From: Tolypothrix carrinoi HA7290-LM1
GTDB lineage: Bacteria; Cyanobacteriota; Cyanobacteriia; Cyanobacteriales; Nostocaceae
Direction: 5' to 3'
NCBI GenBank assembly: GCA_019358935.1
Contig: JAHHIK010000033.1
Location: 1-64,000, forward strand
Length of the DNA stretch: 64,000 bases
This document shows, in pieces, positions 52,677-63,123 of the stretch. Each line of letters starts with the position of its first letter. The first letter of the stretch is position 1. The position numbers were made by a program, and so were the translations under genes. The notes beneath the pieces were generated by a model, which saw nothing but the letters and a program-made list of their open reading frames with translations, searched no databases and was not told the DNA's origin.

Positions 52677-52893
52677 GACCGTTCCCATAAGTTCGGGAAC
52701 CACTCCCGTAAGTTGAGAAACCGTTCCCGTAAGTTGGGGAATCGTTCCCATAAGTTGGGGAATCGTTCCCCTAAGTTCGGGAACCGTTCCCGTAAGTTGT
52801 GGAACCGTTCCCGTAAGTTGGGGAACCGTTCCCGTAAGTTGGGGAACCGCTCCCATAAGTTGTGGAACCGCTCCCGTAAGTTTGGGAACCGCT
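52677..52893. repeat. 21-bp tandem repeat array (10 full units plus a partial)
   Basis: Consensus AACCGTTCCCGTAAGTTGGGG, no spacers. Confidence 0.92.
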
Positions 52894-53297
52894 ACAAACG
52901 TCATTGCGAATGAAGGGTAGCGGAATGACGCAATCAAGACATTAAGATTGCTTCTCCTGTCGGAGACGCTCCGCAAACACTTCATTTCATTACGTGAGCG
53001 CTCCGCGCACGCTAACGCGAACGCAATGACTGTAAATATTTTTGTCTACTCATACCAATTTAAAAAAAGAATGCAATACATTCGCAAAACCCCTCCCCAA
53101 CCCTCCCCTTACTAAGGGGAGGGTGCCCGATAGGGTGGGTGGGGAATCTGTCGCAAACATTTTTTGAATCAGTATCACATCTTGCATCAGTCTCAAAAAC
53201 CGCCATAGGTTAGAAACCTATGGCTAATAGCGCTCATTCCTCGCGTATAGGACTAAACTCTATTAATGGCACAGTTCTTAGTCCACTTAAGTGGACT

Positions 53298-53413
53298 TAC
53301 AGCGATTTTCAGGTAAATGAACCACATCTTTTTTATCTCACGCAAAGCCGCAGAGACGCAAAGGAAGAAATAAAGAAACAAGAGTGTGGTCTAAATACAT
53401 GAAAATTGCTGTA
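53298..53413. mobile_element. MITE-like element with ~28-bp imperfect TIRs
   Basis: TACAGCGATTTTCAGGTAAATGAACCAC vs reverse complement of right end TACAGCAATTTTCATGTATTTAGACCAC. Confidence 0.65.
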
Positions 53414-53566
53414 AGCTAAAAGCCTGTGAAATTTATTTCTTGGCGGGAGATTGGGCAGGTGCAATATCTGAGTCTACCTACTTATTTTCTTTATTTTGCC
53501 AAAAACCGGAATATTGCCCAGCAAAGTTGTATACAATCTCAGCAACAACCTGATAATGACCCAGTT

Positions 53567-54271
53567 ATGCCGCTAGACTACTCCGGTCAAAATCTCCGAG
53601 GTCGCTCTTTTAAAGGTCAAAACCTGACTGGAGCAAACTTTAGCAAGGCAGATATTAGAGGGGCAGATTTTACCAACGCTATTCTCAAAGATGCTGACTT
53701 CAGACGTGCTGAGGCTGGATTACAGAAACGTTGGGTGATTGGGTTGCTTATAGTCTCATGCCTGCTGTCGCCAGTATCAGGGTATTTATCAATCTTCATT
53801 GGTGTATTGATAGCATTAATTCTCCACCTTAAAAACACTCCAAACTTCGTTATTGGGATAGTCTCCCTGGTTCTAATGGCAGTCTTTCTTATTGTCGCTA
53901 GCCGCAAAGGTTTAATAGCTGGTTTAAAAGCCGTAGTCGGAGCCGGAGCCATAGCCGGAGCCGGAGCCATAGCCATAGCCATAGCCATAGCCATAGCCGG
54001 AGCCATAGCCATAGCCGTAGGAGCCAAAGCCGGAGCCATAGCCGTAATCTTCGCCATAGCCGTAGCCGGAGCCGGAGCCGGAACCGTATTTGGAGCCGTA
54101 GTTGGAGCCGTAGCCGGAGCCGTAGCCGCAGCCCTAGCCGGAGCCGTAGCCGGAGCCGTAGTATTAATTGAGGGCGAATATAATTCGCTACTACACAGGC
54201 AAAGTCCGCCTGCGCGGACTAACACAAAATCAAGGCTTTCCAACCCACGGAGGTGGGTTTTGTTTGTGTAG
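53567..54271 (+). CDS. Pentapeptide-repeat membrane protein with Ala/Gly-rich tract; 3' end altered by element insertion
   Basis: DYSGQNLRGRSFKGQNLTGANFSKADIRGADF; GCCGGA/GCCATA/GCCGTA hexamer tract 53932-54160; element at 54173. Confidence 0.75.
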   Translation: MPLDYSGQNLRGRSFKGQNLTGANFSKADIRGADFTNAILKDADFRRAEAGLQKRWVIGLLIVSCLLSPVSGYLSIFIGVLIALILHLKNTPNFVIGIVSLVLMAVFLIVASRKGLIAGLKAVVGAGAIAGAGAIAIAIAIAIAGAIAIAVGAKAGAIAVIFAIAVAGAGAGTVFGAVVGAVAGAVAAALAGAVAGAVVLIEGEYNSLLHRQSPPARTNTKSRLSNPRRWVLFV

Positions 54272-54295
54272 CCGCGATTTCCAATCGCCAAGGCT
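54173..54295 (+). mobile_element. ~123-bp dispersed element flanked by 12-bp direct repeats
   Basis: GTATTAATTGAG at 54161-54172 and 54296-54307; homologous to 37503-37618. Confidence 0.8.
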
Positions 54296-54402
54296 GTATT
54301 AATTGAGACTTTTCAAACACTTTTGTTTCAATTTCTGAAACAAGCCTGACAAAAGCTGTAGAGACAAGTTAGGTTAACTGTTAAACCGCACCCTTTGCAG
54401 CT

Positions 54403-55353
54403 ATGGTAAAAGAACTGGCAATTCGCACCTGTGGACTGACTAAGCAATTCGATCGCCACGTTGCGGTTAATGATGTTGATTTGGAGATCCAAGCGGGTGA
54501 GGTTTACGGACTGATTGGTCCGAATGGCGCGGGTAAAACAACTCTCATGCGGATGTTGGCAACTGCTGAGGAACCGACTACGGGTGAGATTTATATTAAT
54601 GGCGATCGCTTACTACGTGACAAAACTAATCCGACTCTCAAACGTCGTCTCGGCTACTTACCCGATGACTACCCGCTTTATGAGGATCTCACAGTTTGGG
54701 ATTATCTCGATTATTTTGCGCGTTTGTATCGCTTGCGGGAACCGCGCCGCACTCAACGTTTACATGAAGTTTTAGAATTAATACAACTTGGCAATAAACG
54801 CCATAGTCAGATTTCTACTTTATCGCGGGGGATGAAGCAGCGTCTCAGTTTGGCGCGAACAATTATCCACGAACCGATTTTACTACTTTTAGATGAGCCA
54901 GTTTCCGGGCTTGACCCCATCGCTAGAATGCACTTTCGTGAAATCATTAAAGCGTTGCAAGAAGCTGGGATGACAATATTAATTTCTTCGCACGTTCTCA
55001 GCGACTTAGCAGAACTGTGTACTTCAGTGGGAATTATGGAACTTGGCTTTTTGGTAGAAAGTGCTTCACTAAAACAACTTTATCAGCGTCTTTCTCGCCA
55101 GCAAATTTTGTTATCCACTCTGGGAAATTTAGAACCACTTTTAAGCGAGTTGAAAAATCATTCTCTAGTGGAAGAGTGGGAAGTTATGCCAGATAAACAG
55201 GGTGTGCGCGTCTACTTTTCAGGGAATCAAGAAGATAGTGCTTTTCTGTTGCGATCGCTCATTCAAGCTAACATTCCTCTGAGCGAATTTCATTGCACTC
55301 AAGAAGACCTAGAAACAATTTTCCTCAAACTAGGTCATAAACAAGCATCTTGA
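54403..55353 (+). CDS. ABC-2 type exporter ATP-binding protein
   Basis: GPNGAGKTT, LSRGMKQR, LLLDEP, SSH. Confidence 0.95.
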   Translation: MVKELAIRTCGLTKQFDRHVAVNDVDLEIQAGEVYGLIGPNGAGKTTLMRMLATAEEPTTGEIYINGDRLLRDKTNPTLKRRLGYLPDDYPLYEDLTVWDYLDYFARLYRLREPRRTQRLHEVLELIQLGNKRHSQISTLSRGMKQRLSLARTIIHEPILLLLDEPVSGLDPIARMHFREIIKALQEAGMTILISSHVLSDLAELCTSVGIMELGFLVESASLKQLYQRLSRQQILLSTLGNLEPLLSELKNHSLVEEWEVMPDKQGVRVYFSGNQEDSAFLLRSLIQANIPLSEFHCTQEDLETIFLKLGHKQAS

Positions 55354-55356
55354 AGA

Positions 55357-55496
55357 TTGTTGTGAGTTGTTTGTTAGTTGTTGGTTGTTAGTTGTTGGTG
55401 GGCATTGGGCATTTGTCCCCCTTGTCCCCCTTGTCCTCCTTGTCCCCCTGTCCCCTTGTCCCCCTGTCCCCTTGTCCCCCTGTCCCCTTGTCCCCT
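55357..55496. repeat. STRR and TGTCCCC(C/T) tracts
   Basis: Tandem 7-9-mers. Confidence 0.85.
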
Positions 55497-55517
55497 CTTC
55501 ACTGGAGATTTGTGAGT

Positions 55518-57407
55518 ATGATGCTCAACTTAATAGATAAAATCGGCGATTGGAATCCGCAATTGTTGCGAGAAATTAAAGGTCGGTTGAAAGTTTTTCC
55601 TGTAGCGATCGCATTTATTATATCGCTACTTGGTCAACTGGTATTATTCCTGTTTCAATTAAAAGATTTTCCCGACGAAAAATACTCTCTAGTCGGTCAA
55701 TACTGTCGCCTAAGTAAATCTTATATTCAGCAACAAGACACACTTTATCGACAAAGCAGCACACTTAATACAGCAATATCTAGTTTAAAGAGAAATAAAG
55801 GATTTGATAAAGCATCGCTTCTAGATTTGCAAACAGAACTCAAATCGACAAATGCAAAACTTCAAGCTTTAAAGAAATACTTCTCAGAGAATTTTTGCCC
55901 AACTGATCAATTAGATATGCAATCGTGGTGGCGAGATCACTGGGAATACATATTTCTCTCATTGAGCGTGATTTTTATCTTCACACTATTAGTAGCAGGA
56001 ACTTATTTACTAATAAATAATTTAGCTACTGAAGAACGTCGCGGCACACTTAATTTCATTCGCCTTAGTCCCCAGTCAGAAGTAAATATTTTGACTGGTA
56101 AGCTGTTAGGAGTGCCAATTTTAGTTTATCTTGTAACCTTAGTAGCAGTGCCTTTACATTTGTATGCTGGACGTTCTGCTAATATCGCCTTAAGTTACAT
56201 TTTTAGTTTCTACGCTGTTCTTGCTGCTAGCTGTATTTTCTTTTATAGTGCAGCGCTACTTTTTGGTTTAGTTTGTCGTTGGTTTAATAGTTTTCAACCT
56301 TGGTTAGGTAGTGGTTCTGTTCTAGTATTCTTAATTATGACGATGGCGAACGCATCATCTTCGGGAAGACACTTTAACAATTCAACGGCTTGGTTTAGGT
56401 TGTTTAGTCCTTTGGATATTACAAATTATCTGTTTCCCAATTTGTTTCACTTATACAATGGTTCGCCATTGAAACAATTGCAGTTTTTCTATTTCCCAAT
56501 AGGAACAAATGTTAGTAGTATTGTTGGATTCCATTTATTGAGTTATGGCTTGTGTACTTACGGGATTTGGCAAGCATTGAAACGTTGTTTTCGTAACCCG
56601 AATATCGCTGTTATCAGCAAGCTTCAAAGTTATTTGGTGGTAGCTGGTTTGCAAGTGATGATGTGGGGATTCACTTTGCAGTATGTAAAAAATTATTGCC
56701 CACCTACTCTGGTTAAGCAACCTTCTACTTGCTTGTACGATGTGAATTCTCAAATTGGCGAGAATTTCATTTTGCTAGCATTTTGTAACTCAGTACTGCT
56801 TCTTGGTTTAATTGCAATTCTTTCACCTCACCGTCAAGCTGTACAAGATTGGGCAAGGTATCGACATCAGGGTGTTTGTCAGAATTTGCTAAAAGATTTG
56901 ATTTTTGGTGAAAAGAGTATTGCACTGGTAGCAATGGCAATTAATTTAGCGATCGCTATTATCCCATTAATAGTTTGGATTGCAGTTGCGCCTATTTTAA
57001 ATGTTCACCATAACCGTAATTTACTTGGACTTGGAAGCAATGTTCATCGGATTCATATAGTTTTTACTTTAGCGTTATTCATCACCTTGATGATGATTTA
57101 CGCTACCATAGCTCAACTGATGTTGATGATGAAAACTTCTAAGCGTTCTTTGTGGGCAATTGGTACTGTAGCTGCGATAATGTTTTTACCACCGATGATT
57201 CTCCAATTCCTCACCATTTATCCCTCGAAAAATGCTACCCTCTGGCTGTTTTCCAGCTTTCCTTGGGCAGGTGTAAAATATGCTTCTACAACAACAATTT
57301 TTCTGGCACTCTTGACTGAGTTTAGTGTTTTAGCATTGTTAAACTTTCAATTGACAAAGCGGGTAAAGTTAGCAGGGGAATCTGCTACTAAAGCATTGTT
57401 AAGTTGA
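55518..57407 (+). CDS. ABC-2 type exporter permease, paralog 1
   Basis: DWNPQLLREIKGR, EERRGTLNFIRLSPQS, GKLLGVP. Confidence 0.8.
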   Translation: MMLNLIDKIGDWNPQLLREIKGRLKVFPVAIAFIISLLGQLVLFLFQLKDFPDEKYSLVGQYCRLSKSYIQQQDTLYRQSSTLNTAISSLKRNKGFDKASLLDLQTELKSTNAKLQALKKYFSENFCPTDQLDMQSWWRDHWEYIFLSLSVIFIFTLLVAGTYLLINNLATEERRGTLNFIRLSPQSEVNILTGKLLGVPILVYLVTLVAVPLHLYAGRSANIALSYIFSFYAVLAASCIFFYSAALLFGLVCRWFNSFQPWLGSGSVLVFLIMTMANASSSGRHFNNSTAWFRLFSPLDITNYLFPNLFHLYNGSPLKQLQFFYFPIGTNVSSIVGFHLLSYGLCTYGIWQALKRCFRNPNIAVISKLQSYLVVAGLQVMMWGFTLQYVKNYCPPTLVKQPSTCLYDVNSQIGENFILLAFCNSVLLLGLIAILSPHRQAVQDWARYRHQGVCQNLLKDLIFGEKSIALVAMAINLAIAIIPLIVWIAVAPILNVHHNRNLLGLGSNVHRIHIVFTLALFITLMMIYATIAQLMLMMKTSKRSLWAIGTVAAIMFLPPMILQFLTIYPSKNATLWLFSSFPWAGVKYASTTTIFLALLTEFSVLALLNFQLTKRVKLAGESATKALLS

Positions 57408-57534
57408 AGTTAATTGTAGTCAGCGCTTCAGCGCTGTTAGCGGAGCTTTCCCGTAGGGTAGCGCTGACTACTTTTCTATCAAGTTTACGACGTGTAAGCC
57501 ATATCCCTAACTACTAATTATGGAGAGTTTTGCT

Positions 57535-59244
57535 ATGATGCCAAATTTTGTAGACCGTTTAGGAAACTGGAATCCGCAATTTTTGCGAGAAATCAAAGGT
57601 CGTATTAAACCACGCAACATTCTACTAACGATTGTTATTTCTCTGTTGGTTCAATTTTTACTAGTTCTATATTTCCGAACCCAGGTAATAACTGAAAATA
57701 CAGCAAATGCAATTAAAACTATTGCCAACAAATATTGTACGGGAGAAAACATTTATATAAATGCTGCTAGGCGGGTATGTTTGCAGGATGAATTGGGCAA
57801 TATTATCATCAATTGGGAGTTATGGTTTAGAAACATATTTACATGGTTGAGCATTATTAGCTGCTTTGCCATTTTAGTTGCCGGAACCTATCTAATCATC
57901 AGTGATTTAGCTAATGAAGAACGTCGTCAGACACTGAATTTTATTCGCCTTAGTCCTCAGTCACCCCAAAGCATCTTATTAGGTAAAATGCTAGGTGTGC
58001 CTATCCTGCTGTATCTTGCAGTATTCCTAGCAATTCCTTTGCATTTGTGGTCGGGTTTAGCCGCAAACATTCCGCTGGTTGAGATTTTCTGCTTCTATGC
58101 AATTATTGTTGGAGCTTGCATTTTATACTATAGTGGCGCATTGTTATTTGGCTTAGTTGGTTCTTGGTTAAGCGGTTTTCAAGCGTGGTTGGGTAGCGGT
58201 GCAGTTTTGGGTTTTCTTATATTAACTAGGCAAGGAATATTTTCTCAAGTAGGACAATCTGAACATCCATTTGTTGTCTTGAAGTTAATTAACCCAGGTT
58301 ACTTCATTCCACATTATTCGGTTGATTCTTCTTTTAAATCTGTTGCTTCAGAATTAGCAAACCTCCATTGGTTTGCTATACCGTTAGGAACTAGTTTTGT
58401 AACTACGGTAGGCTTTGTTTTGTTTGTTTACGCGATGGCAAATTGGTTTATTTGGCAGTCTTTGCAGCGTTGCTTTCGTGACCCCAATGCCACAATGTTG
58501 AGTAAACGTCAAAGTTATTTGCTAACGTCTTGCTTTGCCTTTTTAACAATAGGATGGGCTAATTGGCAAGAATTGATTTTTGCTAAACCTAACATTGATT
58601 ATATGAGGTATGGAAATATCGGTAGTCTCTTATTTTTAAATTTGTGGCTGTTTTTATATCTCATTGCTGCTCTTAATCCTCATCGTCAAACGCTATATGA
58701 TTGGGCACGCTACCGAAAAATTTATAGTTTTAAAGAATTTGGTAATAGCAAATTAATTAAGGATTTAATTTGGAGTGAAAAAAGTCCTGGTTTAGTAGCG
58801 ATCGCACTCAATGCAATAATCGCCATTACTGCTTTAAGTCTATTTATTTTACTTTCCGGTGTCGGATTTGATGACGCAATACCAGCCTTTTTATCTCTAA
58901 TTTTCGCTGGTAATTTAGCTACGATCTACGCAGGTTTGGCTCAACTAATGTTGTTGATGAAAACTGAGCAACGAGTGTTATGGGCTACTGGTGCGGTGGG
59001 TGCGGTAATGATATTACCACTGGTAATTGTAGCTATGCTGTTCTCCAACCCCGGAAACAATACATTTGCGTGGCTGTTTTCAATCGCTGCGCCACTTCTT
59101 ATGTTATATCCCACAGGATACCCAGAGTCATTCATATCGGTCTTTCTGGCGCTTTTTTGTCAGTGGATGATTATCGGATTGTTGGTATTTTTGCTGATGC
59201 GGCAGTTAAGAAAAGCTGGGGAGTCTACAGTGCGATCGCACTAA
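57535..59244 (+). CDS. ABC-2 type exporter permease, paralog 2
   Basis: NWNPQFLREIKGR, EERRQTLNFIRLSPQS, GKMLGVP; start could be 57520. Confidence 0.8.
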   Translation: MMPNFVDRLGNWNPQFLREIKGRIKPRNILLTIVISLLVQFLLVLYFRTQVITENTANAIKTIANKYCTGENIYINAARRVCLQDELGNIIINWELWFRNIFTWLSIISCFAILVAGTYLIISDLANEERRQTLNFIRLSPQSPQSILLGKMLGVPILLYLAVFLAIPLHLWSGLAANIPLVEIFCFYAIIVGACILYYSGALLFGLVGSWLSGFQAWLGSGAVLGFLILTRQGIFSQVGQSEHPFVVLKLINPGYFIPHYSVDSSFKSVASELANLHWFAIPLGTSFVTTVGFVLFVYAMANWFIWQSLQRCFRDPNATMLSKRQSYLLTSCFAFLTIGWANWQELIFAKPNIDYMRYGNIGSLLFLNLWLFLYLIAALNPHRQTLYDWARYRKIYSFKEFGNSKLIKDLIWSEKSPGLVAIALNAIIAITALSLFILLSGVGFDDAIPAFLSLIFAGNLATIYAGLAQLMLLMKTEQRVLWATGAVGAVMILPLVIVAMLFSNPGNNTFAWLFSIAAPLLMLYPTGYPESFISVFLALFCQWMIIGLLVFLLMRQLRKAGESTVRSH

Positions 59245-59284
59245 CCGTTATAGGAATGAGCGCAAAAATAATTGAAAAACCTAT

Positions 59285-59372
59285 TAGACATCTCCGAAAA
59301 ATGTAGAGACGCGACATGTCGCGTCTCTACAATGGTTCTGGATAACGCATATTTAATTTCTGGAGATGTCTA
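59285..59372. mobile_element. MITE-like element (TAGACATCTCC...GGAGATGTCTA) carrying a GTAGAGACG palindrome
   Basis: 11-bp TIRs; followed by a ~65-bp repeat (GTAGCGGTAATTCATGAATTACCGCTAC core) also found at 31216-31279. Confidence 0.65.
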
Positions 59373-59478
59373 TTATACAGTAGCGGTAATTCATGAATTA
59401 CCGCTACTTACGACGTCAAATTGCGCTTATTCCTGCGTTACCTAAAAGTCAGGCGATCGCCTAATTTTCAGCATCAGA

Positions 59479-60623
59479 TTACTTGACAATTCCTAAAATA
59501 GGTGCTGTCTCAGACTCGGCAATTTGAGGAAGCAAGAATCCCTTAGCATAAATCTGGGGATTTCCTTGCGAGATTATGGTATACGATTGGCGAATTTGAG
59601 CATTTAAGGCAACAGTCTTCACGTCGTACATCTGTGTAGCCAGCTTGGGGTAGAAGCCGATGCCGATAATCAACACCAGAAAACAGGCAGCAATAAACAC
59701 CTCACGCGGTCTGGCATCCTCATAGACTGCCTCGCTAGGCAAAGCGCAGTCCGTACCAAAGCAAACCGCTCCTTCATCATCCTGATTTTCCGAGCCGGCA
59801 TTGCCAACGTCGCATGTCAGAGCAGCACCAGAACCGTAAAATACTTGTCGCAGCATCGAGAGCAGATAAATCGGTGTGAGGATGACTCCCACCGCAGCTA
59901 AGAAGACCGTCACGGTGCAGAAAGTGGAGCTGTAGACATCGCTGGTCGTCACACCAACAAAGACTGCCAGTTCGCTAGCAAAGCCGCTCATACCAGGGAG
60001 AGCCAGCGATGCCATTGCCGCGATTGTAAACAGGGCAAACACTTTCGGCATTACCTGACCAACACCGCCCATTTTATCCATTATCAGGGTGTGGGTGCGA
60101 TCGTAAGTCACCCCTGCTAATTTGTCGCCGCGTAGCGACGCTTTTGACCCCCCCAAATCGAGACGAGCAGGTAAACGGGAACCAGTTCGATTTCCCACAT
60201 AATGAAAAATAGTAGCAAGTCTTGGGCGACGAATACCCCTATCTGTGCAGAATACAGCACCAGCATCAAGAAATAGAAGAGCCTCGGCTTGATATTAACT
60301 TGCCAAGCTGCAAATATCGCCAGCGTCGTCACCAATCCTGCCAGAAGCACGAGGGGGACAGATAGTCCATCGACCGAAACTGCCCAGTTAAAATTTAACT
60401 GAGGCACCCAGGCATACTTCTCTGCGAGTTGAAAAGTAGCGCTGCTGGGGTCGTAATGCTTCCAAAAGGCGTAGCACATCAAACCAAAGTCGGCGATCGC
60501 CACACCTAAGGCATACAACCGCACAAGTTTGCCGTCTTTATCAGGCAGTACGGGGATTATAAAGGAAGCAACGAGTGGCAGCAGGACAATCGCAGTTAGC
60601 CAGGGAAATCGATCCGCTATCAT
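59479..60623 (-). pseudogene. ndhD: NAD(P)H-quinone oxidoreductase subunit 4 (NdhD1/D2 type) with internal deletion and frameshift
   Basis: N-part ends [11 protein letters not shown]; joined out of frame at 60120/60121 to [12 protein letters not shown]...[12 protein letters not shown]; central region absent. Confidence 0.88.
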
Positions 60624-60822
60624 GGCAGTGAGCAAAAATACTTATATTGTTAATAAAGATATCCTACTAAATTTTGTAACGATTTATAAATAATTATTTA
60701 CAGCAGATAGCTATCTTGTCGAATATATAGTGCAGAGATAAATGAAAAAGTTGTCGTGCGATCGCTCTGAACCTCATCTGAAAATTAAGCGATCGCCAAT
60801 AACTTCACAGCCTAACGATTTT

Positions 60823-61287
60823 TCACTGAGATTGGTCAATCGACTTTGCTTGACTTGTTAACGAATAACCTGCAATCGCGATCGCAATAGTAATCACACC
60901 AAGCGCGACATTCGGATAAATCGTGATTCCACCTAACTCAGGTTCACGAATATTACCAAAAACTGGATCGTTAAGAAACCCGTAAGAAGTTCCCGGCAAA
61001 AATCCGGCAGCGATTAGCCCAATCCAGAAAGCGGAACCGAGAAATGCACTCATAGCCATCGAAAAGCGATCGCTTACCGGACGAACCCACAAAATCGCTA
61101 AAGCCGCAAGTCCCAACGAAGCACCTGCAAAAAACGACATGGCACAATGCAGCTTTGCATGAGGTAGCCATGCAGGGTTATTCATATGAGCGTCTGCTAG
61201 TAAGACTGCATCCACACCGATGGGAATGATAATTGTTGAAAGCGCAGCAGCTCCAAGCAGCCATTTTGCGAGTTGTTCTCGATGCAT
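60823..61287 (-). CDS. Hypothetical membrane protein (DUF6640-like)
   Basis: HMNNPAWLPHAKLH motif, four hydrophobic segments; start uncertain. Confidence 0.65.
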   Translation of the reverse strand: MHREQLAKWLLGAAALSTIIIPIGVDAVLLADAHMNNPAWLPHAKLHCAMSFFAGASLGLAALAILWVRPVSDRFSMAMSAFLGSAFWIGLIAAGFLPGTSYGFLNDPVFGNIREPELGGITIYPNVALGVITIAIAIAGYSLTSQAKSIDQSQ

Positions 61288-61331
61288 GTTGATTTCCTCA
61301 AACTTCGCTACCCGACACATCAACAACTATC

Positions 61332-61871
61332 TCACAATTCAACAACAAAACTTTCCCGTCGATGAAAGTCTGCTTCCTGACCACAATGAGTTAATGCCCA
61401 ATAGCTAAGATTACCATCTTTCGATTTAATTACAGTAGTAATTCCAACTTCTAAAGATTGCTCCGCCAAGATAAACTGATTTAAATCAACTTCTAAATCA
61501 ACCAACAAAGCGTCTGATTTCTGCTGAACGCTAAAAGGTAGCGATGTAACAGCCATTTCCTCTTGTAACCCTTGGCGATAATTCTCTAAGCGAAAGACAT
61601 TCCAATGTCCTGCTGGTGAAAGATTAAACTCCCAATAATCAGGATAATTCTTAATTCCAGTAAAGAACTCGAAACACGTTTCTTCCCAAAGATCGTATTT
61701 GCGCTTTAACAAGTCAGCTGGTGTGGGAATTTCGACTTTTGTCAAATCGCCAAGCAGTGTATAATAAATAGTTAATTTATTGCCGTTTCGAGCGATACTG
61801 CCTGTAATCTTTAAATCAGACAGCGAGCTTGTTAAATTAAATGGCTGCAAAGAAAAATTTTGCTCGTTCAT
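61332..61871 (-). CDS. DOMON-like (carbohydrate-binding) domain protein
   Basis: LWEETCFEFF, YWEFNLSPAGHWN, YWALTH...DFH. Confidence 0.85.
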   Translation of the reverse strand: MNEQNFSLQPFNLTSSLSDLKITGSIARNGNKLTIYYTLLGDLTKVEIPTPADLLKRKYDLWEETCFEFFTGIKNYPDYWEFNLSPAGHWNVFRLENYRQGLQEEMAVTSLPFSVQQKSDALLVDLEVDLNQFILAEQSLEVGITTVIKSKDGNLSYWALTHCGQEADFHRRESFVVEL

Positions 61872-62977
61872 CGCATTTGCTGAATGATAGCGCGGATAGC
61901 GGTTTCTTGAGATTCGATACTTTCGGTGAGCTTGAATTGCACGATCGCTCTATTCAGATTATGTTCTGGGTACTTAATCTTAAAATAGACATTACCCGCT
62001 AAATAATCAGTGAAAAATCGCAATCCTAACTCAAACGCAATCAAGCGGATTGCATCATACATATATTCATAGTCGCTTATAGTGAGAAAATCTCTCGCCA
62101 CTGAGAGATAACCTTGCAAAACAGACTGACAAATATCGGTGTCAAAGCGCACCATCTTCCACTGGTCTGTTTCTTCTCCCAAAAAATTGCAGCTTGAGCG
62201 CAGGCAATCCCCGATATCATAATGAACCAAGCCGGGTTTAACGGTGTCCAGGTCAATAATACTGATACCATGCCCGGTTGTGGTGTCTATCATGACATTA
62301 TTTACCTTGGGGTCGCCGTGAATTGGGCGCTTTATCAGTTGTCCTTGTGCTTGGGCATTTTCTAAAACGTGTGCCCAAGAAGAGCGATCGCTTACAAATT
62401 GCAAGCAATACTTGACTTCCGCAGATTGTACAGACGCGATTAATCGCGTCTCTACCGCGAAATTTCGCGTCTCTACATATTGCTGAAGGTAGCGCGGTGT
62501 AATGTGGAATCCAGGAAGGGTGTCAGCGAGTTTTTCGGTAGGCAAATCGCTGATTAGGTTATGGAACATACCTAGCGCATAACCGACTTCACGAGCGTGA
62601 TTGCTATCTTTAATGATGTCAAAAGACTCCGCAGCCTCAATAAAGCTGATTGCCCGCCAGAATGACCCATCAGCATCAATAAAGTGATTTTGGGCATTTT
62701 GTGTCAAAAGTACGCGCGGTACTTCCCAGCGGCGATTTGGGGGGTTGCGTTGCAGGCGATCGCGCACATGAACAGTAAACACACCCATGTTCTGCATCAC
62801 CAGTTTTGGTTGACGAAACACCTGCGTGTTGATGCGTTGCAGGATAAACTGCTTTTCATCTAAAGAATCCAGAGTTACAAGGAAAGTGCTATTAATATTG
62901 CCATGCCCAAATTCCTGGATGTCAATAACCTTACCTTGTGGCTTAAATTGGTCTGCAATGTCAATCAGATTATTCAA
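61868..62977 (-). CDS. Aminoglycoside phosphotransferase-family sugar kinase (N-acetylhexosamine kinase-like)
   Basis: GHGNINST, LQRIN, IHGDPKVNN, IDLDT, YDIGD. Confidence 0.88.
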   Translation of the reverse strand: MNNLIDIADQFKPQGKVIDIQEFGHGNINSTFLVTLDSLDEKQFILQRINTQVFRQPKLVMQNMGVFTVHVRDRLQRNPPNRRWEVPRVLLTQNAQNHFIDADGSFWRAISFIEAAESFDIIKDSNHAREVGYALGMFHNLISDLPTEKLADTLPGFHITPRYLQQYVETRNFAVETRLIASVQSAEVKYCLQFVSDRSSWAHVLENAQAQGQLIKRPIHGDPKVNNVMIDTTTGHGISIIDLDTVKPGLVHYDIGDCLRSSCNFLGEETDQWKMVRFDTDICQSVLQGYLSVARDFLTISDYEYMYDAIRLIAFELGLRFFTDYLAGNVYFKIKYPEHNLNRAIVQFKLTESIESQETAIRAIIQQMR

Positions 62978-63123
62978 AATTTTGCCTTTTAAATTGAAAT
63001 AGTATAACTACATATAGCAATCCTAAATTATTCATGAATCTCTCTTTTCTCCTCCTCTGCGCTCTCTGCTTCTCTGCGGTTCGTTTCTTTTGAAAAATTA
63101 GATATGATTGGTATATTTTGCTT

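Noticed and set aside
52677..52893. Possible CRISPR array
   Set aside because: Units are contiguous 21-mers with no unique spacers; no cas genes in the window.
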